Shown here piece by piece: positions 27,892-38,790 of a stretch of DNA of 64,000 bases. Within the stretch, counting starts at the first letter, position 1; every line of letters begins with the position of its first letter. The stretch spans positions 133,616 to 197,615 of the forward strand of contig CAWJJC010000021.1 in the NCBI GenBank assembly GCA_963843145.1. Reading direction: 5' to 3'. The translations under genes and the position numbers were made by a program. Origin of the DNA: an uncultured delta proteobacterium (GTDB lineage: Bacteria; Desulfobacterota; RBG-13-43-22). The notes beneath the pieces are model-generated. The model was not told the DNA's origin. It ran no database searches and saw only the letters and a list, made by a program, of their open reading frames with translations.

Positions 27892-30613
27892 ATGACGAAA
27901 AAGAAAGCCTCAATGAAGCGCCTCTACTGGCTGGGACTCCTTTTGCTGTTGGGGGCCGGGATTCGCCTGCTTTATCTGGTATACCCCTACATGGATGCGG
28001 ACCAGGCTATCAACGGGTTGATGGCCCGCCACGTCCTCCTGGGAGAATTTCCGATATTTTTTTACGGGCAGGAATATTGCGGCAGTATTGAGGCCTACCT
28101 GGTTTCCACCGTCTTTTTCCTCTTCGGTTCATCCCGGTTTACCCTCGGGCTGACCGTCGCCCTGCTCTCCCTTTTTCTGATTTTCTTTATTTACCGGCTC
28201 ACCGCCCTCCTGCTGGACCGGAAAACCGCCCTGGTGGCCGCGTTGTTGACGGCCTTTCCTTCCTATTACTTAGTCTTCCATTCGGTCCTGGCACGATCGG
28301 CCTATATGGAATCTCCGGTCCTGGGGATATTGCTCTTCATTTCGGCGGGCCGCCTCCTCTACGCCCAAGACCGCCATCCCGCCCAGTATTTGTGGCTGGG
28401 CCTGCTCGGCGGTCTGGGTCTCTGGACCCATTTTTTGTTTGTTTTTTATCTGACCCCGGTCGGCCTGCTCCTTCTGCTCAAGGAAAAGGCCTTCTGGCGG
28501 GACCCCAGGGTTTTGGGGTACCTGTCGGCCGGGCTGGTCCTGGGGGGATTGCCGCTCTGGGTGTACAACACGATCCACCCGCTGGCCACCTGGGTCCAAC
28601 TGCAGCACAATCCGGTCCATGAACCTTTCGCCGACTCGCTGCTGGCCTTTTTTTCGGTCAGGCTCCCGGAACTTATAGGCTCGCGTAACAGCCTGACGAA
28701 TCAATACCTGGTGCCCTATTTTTCGTCGGTCGCCTACGGGATCCTCTTGGCGGGTTTTATTTATCTGATCGTTCTCCGGATCCAGGGGGTTTTTCAAGGT
28801 GTCCGCGGGGAGAGGGGATGCGGGCAGGGTTTGGATCTTCTCTTGATTTTCATTGTCACCTATCCCTTGATTTTTTCCCTCAGCGGTTTTGCCGCCAACC
28901 ATACCACCCGCTACCTGGTTCCCCTTTATCCGGCGCTTCCGATTTTATGGGCGGCACTGTTTTTTAAGCTCAGGAAAAGGGCGCCAGCGCCGGCCTGGTT
29001 ATTTCTGGTGCTGATCGGTTTGTCCAATGGGCTGGGCCTTTACCAGACGGGTCTGGTCTTTCACCCCGAAAAAATCAGGGAATACCGGCAAAAAATGATG
29101 GGCGACCAGGCTTTGTTTGCCTATCTTAAGAGTCAAGGCCTCCACGAGGTTTATGTGACGGATTACTGGAAATCCGTGCCCCTGACCTTTGACGCGGGAG
29201 AGGAAATCATTTTTGCTCAACCCTATCACGACCGTTTTCCATTTTTCACCCGTTTGGTGGACCACTCCCCCCGACCGGCCTTTCTGAGCACGGGCAGCGA
29301 GGGGGTTTTTGAGAAAACCTTGCAGGCTATCGGCGGGTCCTATAAAAAGGAGGGGCGTTGGCTCTTTTATGATTTTGAACCGCCGCCTTATGATTTTGTC
29401 GAGCTATCCGCTGCCGGCTGGCAGGCTCGGCCGGATGGTCCCGACGCCCCCGGTTCAGCGGCCTTTGACCGGGACTTGGAGACCCGCTGGAATCCGGGGG
29501 GCTCCATGAAACCCGGAGAGGTTTTTCAACTGGATTTGGGGAAAACAGTCCCGGACGTAAGCCGGGTACTGCTCTTTGCCGGAAGCCCCAATGGGATTCC
29601 CCGGGGCCTGCGGTTGGAGCTTTCTTTGGACGGGAGAAATTATAAGACCCTGGCGGACATCGCTAATTACTGGAACCCCCTTTTCTGGTCCGGACCGCAC
29701 CCCTTCAACCGGGTGGAAAAGGGAATTACCGAGCTGGTCTTCCCCCCTCAAGCGGGGCGCTTTCTGAAGATCACCCAGACCGGGACCGATTCCCAAAACG
29801 GCTGGGAAATTGCGGAAATTTTGGTTTACCGGGGTATCTCCCGGGGTCATCAGGGTCCCCCGAGGGGGATTCCTTCGTTTTCGGACCTGCTGGGCCGGCT
29901 AGGCACTTTAAAGGAGGAGCGGGTTTTGGCCAATCCCTGGATTCAGGCCCAGGTGGCTTTCAACCTGCCGGGCAAAAGGGAAGAATGGCTACCGGCCAGG
30001 TTGCCGGAAACCGTTGGGGATCGCCTCCCCCCTTACCCATTTCCGGCGATCGTCGCCGGCAGTGGAGCAGTCGGAGGCTTTGAAGCAGGATTTGAATCAA
30101 GTGGCTCCAGGAGTCTATTCGGAAGAGCGGATAGATGATTGGGTCCTTTTTGTCGGAAAGAGTTATGAAAAGGGATACCGGAAGCTCTCCCGCAGCGGAT
30201 GGCAGGTGTCGGCCAACTATAACGGCCGAGAGGCCGAAAGGGCCATAGACGGTAAAATAAAAACGCGTTGGACCAGCGGCCGCCCTCAAGTCTCCGGTAT
30301 GTTTTTCCGGATCGATCTGGGAAAATCGGAAAAGATCGCCCGAATCCGGTTACGACTCGGGGATTCCTATCGGGATTTCCCTCGAAGAGCGGAAATTCGG
30401 TTTTCTTTGGACGGCCTTCGCTGGGAGAAGGCGGTTCCTCTTAATATCCCGATTTATTGGACCGGAGAAAAACTCTTCAAAGATGATCGCAGCGAAGAAA
30501 CGGACCTGGTTTTTAGAGAAACACCGGCGCGGTTTGTCGAGATCCTCCAAACCGGACAAGATTCCGTCTATTATTGGTCTATTCACGAATTGGAGCTTTT
30601 TGTCCCTGAATAG
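27892..30613 (+). CDS. ArnT/PMT-like GT-C glycosyltransferase with two discoidin (F5/8C) domains; one frameshift near 30060
   Basis: DADQA..GLMARH..FFYGQEY in first loop, multiple TM helices; FDRDLETRW..QLDLG and IDGKIKTRW..RIDLG domains; ORFs 27892-30138 and 30014-30613 join. Confidence 0.8.
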
Positions 30614-30623
30614 CCTTTTGCGG

Positions 30624-32582
30624 TCAGGGCCGGAGAATCCGGTAGACCATGGCCTCGTTGGTCAGTTTTTCTGGAGCAAAAAATTGCGGGTTTCGGAGAA
30701 AAAGGGCCATGATTTGTTCTCTTTCCGGTGGGGGGTAATAAGATAGGTGAACGATGAGGTAGCGAACCCCGATTTGTCCGAGTTGATGGATACGCCTCAA
30801 AGTTTCTTCGGAGGGAAAGCCTTTTAATTCCTGCTCATAAAGACGGGTATACCCCGGCGGTATGAAACCGCTGTACCCGTTCACCAGTTTTTTCCAGTGA
30901 TAAGTGGAAAAATAGACGTAAGGGGCGTCGCGGTAAACATCTTCCGGACGGGTCGGCAGGGGTATTTCCAGGATAGCGAAATCACCCGGCTGCTGAGCCA
31001 GCCAGGTATAGACCTGGGGGAAGTCGCGCCCGACCGGAACGGTAGGCATGGCGATGGGAAAGGAGGCGTATTCAATCAGCACCAGGAGGGCGAACCCGGA
31101 GCCCAGCAACAGCCGTTTCCAGGAGGATAGAATTCTGCCCAGGAGCCAGGCCAAACCATACCCGGCAAAGACGCTGACCGCCAGGTGCATCATGGCTATG
31201 AAGCGGGCGGGGACCCGCAAACCATCAAACCCCGGCACCCACTCATATAACAGCAAGTAAGGGCCATAGGCGATTTCCACTCCATTAAAGTGGATTATCG
31301 GGCCCAGGGTCAGGAGAAAGGAAAGGCCGAGCAGGGCAAGATAAAATCGCGGCTCCGGGGAACTGAACCGGGGCAGCAGGACCCCTATCTTTTGCCGAAG
31401 GGAGCGGTCGAGCAGGAATAGGCAGGTCAGCAAAACCAAAAGGGTCGTTACCGGGGTTTTGAGGTCCCGGGAATGGATCTCCAGCCCTCCGAGGGATAGG
31501 GAAAACCCCCCGGTCAGCAGGAAAGAGACGATCCAGATTCCGCTAAGAAGGATAAAGAAACGCAGGAGGCGGACTAGCGCGCCGACCGTCTTGATGGGAG
31601 ACAGGGGCCTTGGCGAGGCGGGATCCGGAGATTTTTCCCAGTGAACCAGGGATCCTATCCCGGCCAGAGACATTATCAAGGCGATCAAGCCCACAAAGAG
31701 ATCGCCTTCCGGTTTCATGAAACCCTCCAATAGTTTTCCCCAGACGTGGTTTTGAGCAGGGATGGATAGAAAGGAAACGAAATCGGCTGAGAAAAAGACC
31801 ACCTCGCCGAAGGGGCGGATAAAACCAAAGTCCTTTTTCAATTTCAGGTAGGGGAGATAAACCGGGAGGATAATCAGGAACGAGAACAAGAAAAACAGGC
31901 CAAAGCGCCCCGTTAAGCGGTAGCGGTCCCCCCCTCCTTCCCGCAAGGCCAGGACCATGAAAACAACCACGAAAAGGGTCAGGAACAGCCCATAATACCC
32001 GCAGGAATAGAAGGCTAAGATATAAAAAAGGGCCGCCCCCCAAAGGACCCGATAGGAAAAAGACTTCACCGTTTTATGTAGAAACAGAAAGGTCAAGGGC
32101 AGCCATTGGGCCGACAACAATTGCAGATGAGCCAGATGGCCGATGCGCCAGGGAAAAAAGGAATACAGCAGGCCTGAAAAAAAAGCGGCGTAGCCGTTCC
32201 GGGTTAAATACCACACCAGGAAATACATACCCAGGGCGGTCAGGACAAAGCTGATCAGGACGGAAACGTTGAACGTCACCAGGGGATCATTAAAACCCAG
32301 TTGGATCGGGACCGCGGTTAAGGCCACCCCCAGAAGGTGCTCTGAATAGGCCAAGGTATTTTTATAAGGGAAAAAGATGTTGGCATCAAAGATAGAGCCC
32401 CATTCCCCCCGGGTGATCTTCCGGATCCCCCAGGCAATGATCCAGGTATTCAGAAACGAATCAACGTAGTCTCCGATGATGGCCACCTTCAGACGAAGGA
32501 TGGCCGGGTAGGTCATAACCAGCGTTAGACAGGAATAGAGGAAAAGAGCCAGCAGATGGGGAAGCGATCGACGCCAGGTCAT
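30624..32582 (-). CDS. Polytopic GT-C-like membrane protein (YfhO-like)
   Basis: IGDYVDSFLNTW, FDANIFFP..TLAYSE, LRVPARF, LVNGYSG. Confidence 0.75.
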   Translation of the reverse strand: MTWRRSLPHLLALFLYSCLTLVMTYPAILRLKVAIIGDYVDSFLNTWIIAWGIRKITRGEWGSIFDANIFFPYKNTLAYSEHLLGVALTAVPIQLGFNDPLVTFNVSVLISFVLTALGMYFLVWYLTRNGYAAFFSGLLYSFFPWRIGHLAHLQLLSAQWLPLTFLFLHKTVKSFSYRVLWGAALFYILAFYSCGYYGLFLTLFVVVFMVLALREGGGDRYRLTGRFGLFFLFSFLIILPVYLPYLKLKKDFGFIRPFGEVVFFSADFVSFLSIPAQNHVWGKLLEGFMKPEGDLFVGLIALIMSLAGIGSLVHWEKSPDPASPRPLSPIKTVGALVRLLRFFILLSGIWIVSFLLTGGFSLSLGGLEIHSRDLKTPVTTLLVLLTCLFLLDRSLRQKIGVLLPRFSSPEPRFYLALLGLSFLLTLGPIIHFNGVEIAYGPYLLLYEWVPGFDGLRVPARFIAMMHLAVSVFAGYGLAWLLGRILSSWKRLLLGSGFALLVLIEYASFPIAMPTVPVGRDFPQVYTWLAQQPGDFAILEIPLPTRPEDVYRDAPYVYFSTYHWKKLVNGYSGFIPPGYTRLYEQELKGFPSEETLRRIHQLGQIGVRYLIVHLSYYPPPEREQIMALFLRNPQFFAPEKLTNEAMVYRILRP

Positions 32583-32670
32583 GGATGGGAAAGGTCTTCT
32601 CCTTTAGGCCGTCTAGGGTGTTTCAAAAGATGAACGTCGAACAGAGAACATCAAGTGAAAACCTCCGGGA

Positions 32671-33867
32671 CTATTGGGGGCCTTGGTTCAGGGCCTTTCG
32701 AAAGACCTGATCATAGGTCAGGATGTTGGCGTTCCAGGAAAAAACTTCTTCCACCCGCTGCTGGTTTTTTTTACCGAGCTCCCGGGTCTTTTCCGGATCG
32801 GACAGCGCTTGGACGATCCGATCGGCCAGGTCTTGGACATCTCCGGAACGGGCAAAAATACCATGCTCCCCTAAGAATTTCCGGTTGTTTGGGCCCTCAA
32901 AACAGACGATGGGCAAAGAGGCTCCCATGTAGTTGATGATCTTACCGCTGGCTTCACCGGCCTCGTCGATTTTCGGATCCACGGCCAGATCCGCCAGGAA
33001 TAAATAAGCGGGCAACTTGAAAAAATCCACCTGTCCCACGAAAAGACAACGATCCGCCACCCCCAATCCGGTTATGGTTTTTTGGGATTCTTCCACGGGG
33101 TAGCCTACGATGACAAAATAGGTTTCCGGTTTCTGCTTAAGAACAAGCGGAATAGCCTGCCAGAGGTAATCGATGCCTTTGGATTTCAACAGAGCGCCGG
33201 TGTAAAGGACCACCGGACTTCCGGACGGCAGGCCCAGTTCCTTTCTCAGATTCTGTTCGCCGCCTTTATCCGCAAAGAAATCGGTATGAACGCCGTCAAT
33301 AACCGTGGCCACGTTCGCAGCCGGGAGTCCCATCTCCTCCACCATGAAGGCGGAGACGGTAACGTTGCTGCCGACGGTGTACTCGGGCATTCGAGAAATC
33401 CAGCGTTCAAAACGCCAAAAAAGCCGGTGAAGGAAAGCACCCTCCCGGAAAAACCCATAGGTGACCAGTTCCTTGGTCAGGCTTCCCTGGGCATCGAAGA
33501 CCAGCGGTACTCGCCGAAAACTGAGTTTTCGAACAAAGTGTCCCAGAAAAGCCCCTTCATGCAGATGGCCGTGGATCAGGTCCGGTTTATCGCGCCAAAA
33601 AACCCGCAGACTTTTGAAAAAGAGGAGGACATCGATATAGAATTTCTGCCAGGAGGAACCGGCCTCCAATTTTTTATACCAGGGGATATTCAGGATCCGT
33701 TCGGTTTTGATTCCGGGGATATCCCGGCCCAGATGATAGGTGCACAGGGTGATATCATACCCGAGGTGCTGCAGTGCCCGAATCTCCCCCAGAATACGCA
33801 TGTGACAACCTCGGTCGGCGAAAAAGGGGGTTGGGGCGATCATCAGTATTTTTATTTTTTTTTCCAT
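32671..33867 (-). CDS. GT4 glycosyltransferase
   Basis: YTGALLKSKGID, EASGKIINYMGASLP, FSW near C-terminus. Confidence 0.9.
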   Translation of the reverse strand: MEKKIKILMIAPTPFFADRGCHMRILGEIRALQHLGYDITLCTYHLGRDIPGIKTERILNIPWYKKLEAGSSWQKFYIDVLLFFKSLRVFWRDKPDLIHGHLHEGAFLGHFVRKLSFRRVPLVFDAQGSLTKELVTYGFFREGAFLHRLFWRFERWISRMPEYTVGSNVTVSAFMVEEMGLPAANVATVIDGVHTDFFADKGGEQNLRKELGLPSGSPVVLYTGALLKSKGIDYLWQAIPLVLKQKPETYFVIVGYPVEESQKTITGLGVADRCLFVGQVDFFKLPAYLFLADLAVDPKIDEAGEASGKIINYMGASLPIVCFEGPNNRKFLGEHGIFARSGDVQDLADRIVQALSDPEKTRELGKKNQQRVEEVFSWNANILTYDQVFRKALNQGPQ

Positions 33868-33868
33868 G

Positions 33869-34876
33869 CTAATTCCGTTCCGCCCGCTGGGCCAATAATT
33901 TTTCCTTCAGGAAGGTCCGGGCGTATTCCAGCGGTACACCGGCGAACTGGGGTCTGCGGGGCCGATCACATCGGGCGCAGACCTTCAGCCCGTCATAGGC
34001 TTTCCGGGCCAGGTGTTGACGAAGTTGGGTCATGGCGGGACCGTTCCAGATTTCCGCCAGGGTTTGCCGGCCGACTTCTCCCAAATTCATTTCCCCCTGA
34101 AAATCCTGGGGACAGGGCCCAACCGTTCCATCCCAGTAGACCACCAAGGCATACCAGGGAAAGGTACAACACCCCAGCTTGGCCGGAGCAGGGAAAGAGG
34201 AGGGGGAGGTGGAAACCAGTCCGCCCCAGTTATGGGGCCGGCGATAAACCACCCGGTCCAGTCCCAGGGATTTCAATCGGCGGGTCAGTTCCCTTAATCG
34301 GGGATCCTTGTTCTCCGCGGGCCGACCCATAATCTGGAGAACCGTGGTCATTTTATTGAGTTCCCGTTCCCTTTTCAAGATCAAAAATTCCTCGATTCGG
34401 GACAGCGTGTCTGCGAAGCGGGCCGGCGGCCGGTTTCGCTCGTAGGTGGCCTCATCATAGCCGTCAAAGGAAAAGGAGAGCCACTGCAGTCCCGAATCCA
34501 AAAGTTTCCCGGACAGGGAAGGAGTTAATAGGGTGGCATTCGTATGGATGCGGGAGGGGATCCCCCGACGGTCCGCATAGGCAATCATTTCCGCCAACCG
34601 GGGATGAAGGAGGGGTTCTCCTCGGTGAAATAAATAAAGGTCGCCCACCCGGCCGGCACTCTGGTCCACCACTTCCTTGAAGAGGTCGAAGTCCAGGAAA
34701 CCTTTTTTCTCCGGGGGAAGGTCCCGGTTGGGGCAGAGAGGGCAGCGCAGGTTACAGTGGCTGGTCACCTCGATCCACAGCCTGGAGGGGAAATAGGGCA
34801 AGACTGTTTTTTGATTCCGAAAAGCCGATCCTATGGCCCACAGGCGCCCCACGTTTTTGGTAAATTCGAGGCTCAC
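33869..34876 (-). CDS. Radical SAM/SPASM(twitch) protein
   Basis: CNLRCPLC; CTFPW..YWDGTVGPC..CARC. Confidence 0.92.
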   Translation of the reverse strand: MSLEFTKNVGRLWAIGSAFRNQKTVLPYFPSRLWIEVTSHCNLRCPLCPNRDLPPEKKGFLDFDLFKEVVDQSAGRVGDLYLFHRGEPLLHPRLAEMIAYADRRGIPSRIHTNATLLTPSLSGKLLDSGLQWLSFSFDGYDEATYERNRPPARFADTLSRIEEFLILKRERELNKMTTVLQIMGRPAENKDPRLRELTRRLKSLGLDRVVYRRPHNWGGLVSTSPSSFPAPAKLGCCTFPWYALVVYWDGTVGPCPQDFQGEMNLGEVGRQTLAEIWNGPAMTQLRQHLARKAYDGLKVCARCDRPRRPQFAGVPLEYARTFLKEKLLAQRAERN

Positions 34877-36738
34877 CGCTGAGCAATAAAATGGCGATGC
34901 CAGATCGCCAAGTTGATCAGCGCCCAGAGCAGGTGGTTGTGGTTATGCACCCGGTCCAGGTGTTCCCGGATGAGACGGTTCAGGTAAGGCAGATGCGTGG
35001 TTTCAGCGATGATGGGAGATTCGTTCAACAAACCGACCATGTAATCCTTCAACCCCTCCCGGAGCAGGTTTTTGATGGGCAGACTGTAGCCCTGCTTGCC
35101 CCGGTGGACGATACGGTCCGGGAGCCAACCTTCCAGGGCTTTCCGGAAAATGGCTTTGGTTTCAAAACCTTTTAGTTTCCAGGAGCCGGGCAGGGTGGCG
35201 CTGAATTCCACCACCCGATGGTCCAGGAAGGGAACCCTGATCTCCAGGGCATGGGCCATGCTCATTTTGTCCACTTTCATCAGCACCGAATCGGGCATGA
35301 CCATTTTCAGGTCGAGGTAGATCTCCCGGTTGAGCCGGTCGTTGGAAGAACAACGCTCCAGGCAGGCCTTCACCGGTCGAAAGGGGTCGGTCGAAATCCG
35401 GGCCTTGAAAGAGTCTTTGAACAACCCGTCTTCCCAGTCCGGGGAGATGAAATATTGCCAGCGCAGGTGCCCGCCCTCCAGCGGCAGGTGAGAACCTTCC
35501 ATAAACCGCTTGAGGATATTGATGGCCCCTTTTTTCTGTGGCTGGTCGGGCAACCGTTTCACCCCGGGATAGAGGACTTTCTCTCGCAGCCATTCCGGGA
35601 CCCGGCGATAATATTGATCGAACTTGCTGGCCTTGAATCGGTCGTAGCCTACAAAAATTTCATCGCCCCCTTCCCCGGATAAACAGACCGTGACGTGTTT
35701 TTTGGCTTCCCGGCAGACCAGATACAAGGGCAAGGCGGAAAGATCGGTCATGGGCTCGTCGAGATGCCAAACCGCATCTTCCAGGTCCTGTACGGTGACT
35801 TCGGGGATCATCAATACCTGGTGATCGGTTTCAAAGCGGTCGGCCACCATTTGGGCAAAGGGTAATTCGCTGAAGGAAGGGTCGGGATAACCGATAGAAA
35901 AAGTTCGCAGGGGGTCCACGCCCAGATCGCGCATCAGGGCCACCAGGGTGCTGGAATCCAGTCCGCCCGAAAGGAAAACTCCCAGCGGGACGTCGCTGAT
36001 CAGGTGTTGCCGGACCGTGTCCCGCAGCAGGGCCCTCAGGGCTTCCACCGCCTCTTCCGGGGAACGCCAGTCCTGGGAAAAGCGGATATCCCAATAGGGC
36101 TTCACCTCCAGGCCCCGGCTGGAGAAGGTTAGAAAATGCCCCGGCGGCAGCTTGTTGATCCCTTCGAACATGGTCTGGGGGCTGGGGACAAATTCGTAGC
36201 CCAGATAGTCATAGAGGGCCTGGGGATTCACCCGGCGGGGGATATCCGGGAGGGTCAGGAGGCCTTTGATTTCCGAAGCAAAGGCCAGGCGGCCTTCCTG
36301 GTGGTAATAATAGAAGGGTTTAATCCCCAGTCGGTCGCGGCCGGCCAGCAGGCATTGTTGCCGGCGATCCCAGAGGGCGAAGGCGAACATTCCCCGCAAA
36401 TGCTGGAAGACCTCGGCCCCCCATTCCTCATACCCGTGAAGGATGACTTCGGAGTCGGATCGGCTCTGGAAGACGTGACCTTTTTTTTCCAGAAGGTCGC
36501 GTAGTTCCAGGAAGTTGTAGATTTCGCCGTTAAAGACCAGATGGAGGGACCCGTCCTCATTGGTCATGGGTTGCCGGCCCTGTTCGGAAAGGTCGATAAT
36601 GGAGAGACGGCGATGCCCCAAGGTGATCCCTTCAGCGGAGAAAATGCCGTTTTGGTCCGGTCCCCGGTGTTTTATGACCTGGGTACATTTTTCAGCCAAA
36701 GCGGTGTCAGCCCAGGTAAATCCGCAAATACCACACAT
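34873..36738 (-). CDS. asnB: Asparagine synthase-like glutamine amidotransferase
   Basis: MCGICG, HRGPD, HRRLSIIDL, LSGGLDSS, SGEGGDE, RVPFLD. Confidence 0.95.
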   Translation of the reverse strand: MCGICGFTWADTALAEKCTQVIKHRGPDQNGIFSAEGITLGHRRLSIIDLSEQGRQPMTNEDGSLHLVFNGEIYNFLELRDLLEKKGHVFQSRSDSEVILHGYEEWGAEVFQHLRGMFAFALWDRRQQCLLAGRDRLGIKPFYYYHQEGRLAFASEIKGLLTLPDIPRRVNPQALYDYLGYEFVPSPQTMFEGINKLPPGHFLTFSSRGLEVKPYWDIRFSQDWRSPEEAVEALRALLRDTVRQHLISDVPLGVFLSGGLDSSTLVALMRDLGVDPLRTFSIGYPDPSFSELPFAQMVADRFETDHQVLMIPEVTVQDLEDAVWHLDEPMTDLSALPLYLVCREAKKHVTVCLSGEGGDEIFVGYDRFKASKFDQYYRRVPEWLREKVLYPGVKRLPDQPQKKGAINILKRFMEGSHLPLEGGHLRWQYFISPDWEDGLFKDSFKARISTDPFRPVKACLERCSSNDRLNREIYLDLKMVMPDSVLMKVDKMSMAHALEIRVPFLDHRVVEFSATLPGSWKLKGFETKAIFRKALEGWLPDRIVHRGKQGYSLPIKNLLREGLKDYMVGLLNESPIIAETTHLPYLNRLIREHLDRVHNHNHLLWALINLAIWHRHFIAQR

Positions 36739-36978
36739 CGTATTGAATTCCTTTCCAACTTTCAATGTATAGCATAGTGGAGTCGATTTTCAACACTTAT
36801 TAAGACGGAGGATTCCCAGATGACTAAAAAGGCGTTTTTGGCTTTTTGCCTGGGCCGGTCAAATCATAATTAAATGTTGCCAAGAGGCTAGGATCAGAGG
36901 GAATAAAATAACTTGCCAATTAGCCCCTAATTAGGATAAAATAAAAAGTTTAAATCTACTTTAAATGGATGGAGATCA

Positions 36979-37965
36979 ATGGCTGAGACGATAACCCAAG
37001 AGCAGATTAAAGCTATCCAGGAAAAAAATGTGGGCATGTATTCCAAGCATCCTTGGCCGGTCAACCGGCGGACGGCGGAAGAGATGGGCTGGCGTCTGAA
37101 GGTCCTGGGAATTCATCCCGAGGAATATGAAGGCAAGCGGACCCTGGAATGCGGCTGCGGGACCGGCAATTATGTGATCTGGTATGCCATTGGCGGCAAG
37201 GCCAGCGAGGCCGTGGGTATCGATTTGTCCGACGGCTCCTTGGCCGTGGCCAACAAGCTGAAGGAAGAGGGCCAGGTGGACAATGCCACCTTTGTCAAGA
37301 TGGACGTGCTGGATCTCCAGTTTCCGGACAACTCCTTTGATTACGCCTACTCCTATGGGGTCTTTATGATCACCGGGGACAGCGAGCGGGCCTTCCGGGA
37401 AATGGTCCGGGTGACCAAGCCGGGAGGTACGGTGACGGTCAGCGTTTACAATACCTTCGGCCGTTGGCCGGTAACCATCCGCCAGAAGATATTAATGAAA
37501 CTGGCCCCGAATGACCCCGACAAGCGGGTGAAACTGGGAATGAAATATTTCCCCGGCCCCTTCAAGAAACTGGACAAACGCTATTACGGCTTGAATACCG
37601 AACAGTTGGCTTATGACACCTTCGGGATTCCTTTCGAGCAGGTCCATAGCGCCGGCGAGGTTCTGGGGTGGTTAAAACGGGCCAACGTTAAATACAAAGG
37701 CTCTTTCGCTCCCTTGCGGGTTTCCGATTATTTTTACGCCTTTTCCCTGGATGAATACCAGGATTTTCGAAGCACCTTCACCGGCTACCCGGCCACCCAG
37801 AAGGTCAGCGATCTTTTGTTCAAGGTCTCCGGACGAAAAAAAGGCAATCCAATCAACCAGTTCAAATACCCCGGGCCTCTTTCCCGAGGCATCTGCCAGT
37901 TGATCTGGCTGCTCATCGGCGGCAGCCGCTTTTCTTGCTTTACCATCTCGGGGGTTAAACAGTAA
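36979..37965 (+). CDS. Class I SAM-dependent methyltransferase
   Basis: LECGCGTG, GIDLS, FPDNSFD, RVTKPGG. Confidence 0.9.
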   Translation: MAETITQEQIKAIQEKNVGMYSKHPWPVNRRTAEEMGWRLKVLGIHPEEYEGKRTLECGCGTGNYVIWYAIGGKASEAVGIDLSDGSLAVANKLKEEGQVDNATFVKMDVLDLQFPDNSFDYAYSYGVFMITGDSERAFREMVRVTKPGGTVTVSVYNTFGRWPVTIRQKILMKLAPNDPDKRVKLGMKYFPGPFKKLDKRYYGLNTEQLAYDTFGIPFEQVHSAGEVLGWLKRANVKYKGSFAPLRVSDYFYAFSLDEYQDFRSTFTGYPATQKVSDLLFKVSGRKKGNPINQFKYPGPLSRGICQLIWLLIGGSRFSCFTISGVKQ

Positions 37966-38027
37966 TCAGCGGTCACTCTTGATCATTGGATCAGGAATGG
38001 CGTCCCCTGACCGTCAGCCGCCGGTCC

Positions 38028-38780
38028 CTAATGATCGTCCGAGGGAATGGTTTTTGTGACTTGGGCCGGGCTGCCTACGGCAATCGCGTTCGGCGGGATC
38101 GAATGGGTGACCACCGCCCCGGCCCCGATGACACAGTGATCTCCGAGGTGGCAGTCTTGAAAGATAACGACCTTGGCGGCAATCCAGCAGTCCTTCCCGA
38201 TTTCCAGCGGTAGCGAGCGGCCCGGTTCCATATGGGGCGAGGTATAGTCATGTTCACCGCCGCTCATGATCAGACAATAGGGGCCGATAAAGGTGCGGTC
38301 TCCGATCTCCAACCGATTGGTGGAGCTTAGAGTACTGTAGTAACCGACATTGACCCCGTTCCCTAAAATCAGGTCGCCGTTTTTGGTCTGGATGATACTG
38401 CCCTGACCGATGTAGAGATCGTTCCCGATTTTAATCCCCTGGCGGGTAGAGCCTTTGCCGTCCAGCAAGACATGGTCGTCAAAAATCACTCGATCGCCGA
38501 TCACGATCCGGTGAGGGGATCGAATGTTCATGCCTCGTCCGAAGAGCACTTTTTTGCCGGTTGCTTTAAATAAGAAGGGATAGAATACAGACCGCAGCGC
38601 CAATCCCAAACCTCCGGGAACCCAGCCGAACAGGGTAGTGATCAGTTCGAATTTAATCAGGGCCCACCAGCCCTGATCCCCCACCATCAGGGATTTGTAT
38701 TTTTGGAGGAGGCCTCCCTGGCTGTCAAAGACCGATTTTACCCGGAATTCGTCCAGCGCGGCCCTTTGTTTTTCGTCCAT
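38028..38780 (-). CDS. Hexapeptide-repeat (left-handed beta-helix) acyltransferase
   Basis: IGDRVIF, IGNDLYIG, IGKDCWIA, IGAGAVVT, GSPA. Confidence 0.9.
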   Translation of the reverse strand: MDEKQRAALDEFRVKSVFDSQGGLLQKYKSLMVGDQGWWALIKFELITTLFGWVPGGLGLALRSVFYPFLFKATGKKVLFGRGMNIRSPHRIVIGDRVIFDDHVLLDGKGSTRQGIKIGNDLYIGQGSIIQTKNGDLILGNGVNVGYYSTLSSTNRLEIGDRTFIGPYCLIMSGGEHDYTSPHMEPGRSLPLEIGKDCWIAAKVVIFQDCHLGDHCVIGAGAVVTHSIPPNAIAVGSPAQVTKTIPSDDH

Positions 38781-38790
38781 GGGCGAGCAG

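Noticed and set aside
30050-30070. Programmed ribosomal frameshift
   Set aside because: No slippery heptamer; assembly shows many other indels
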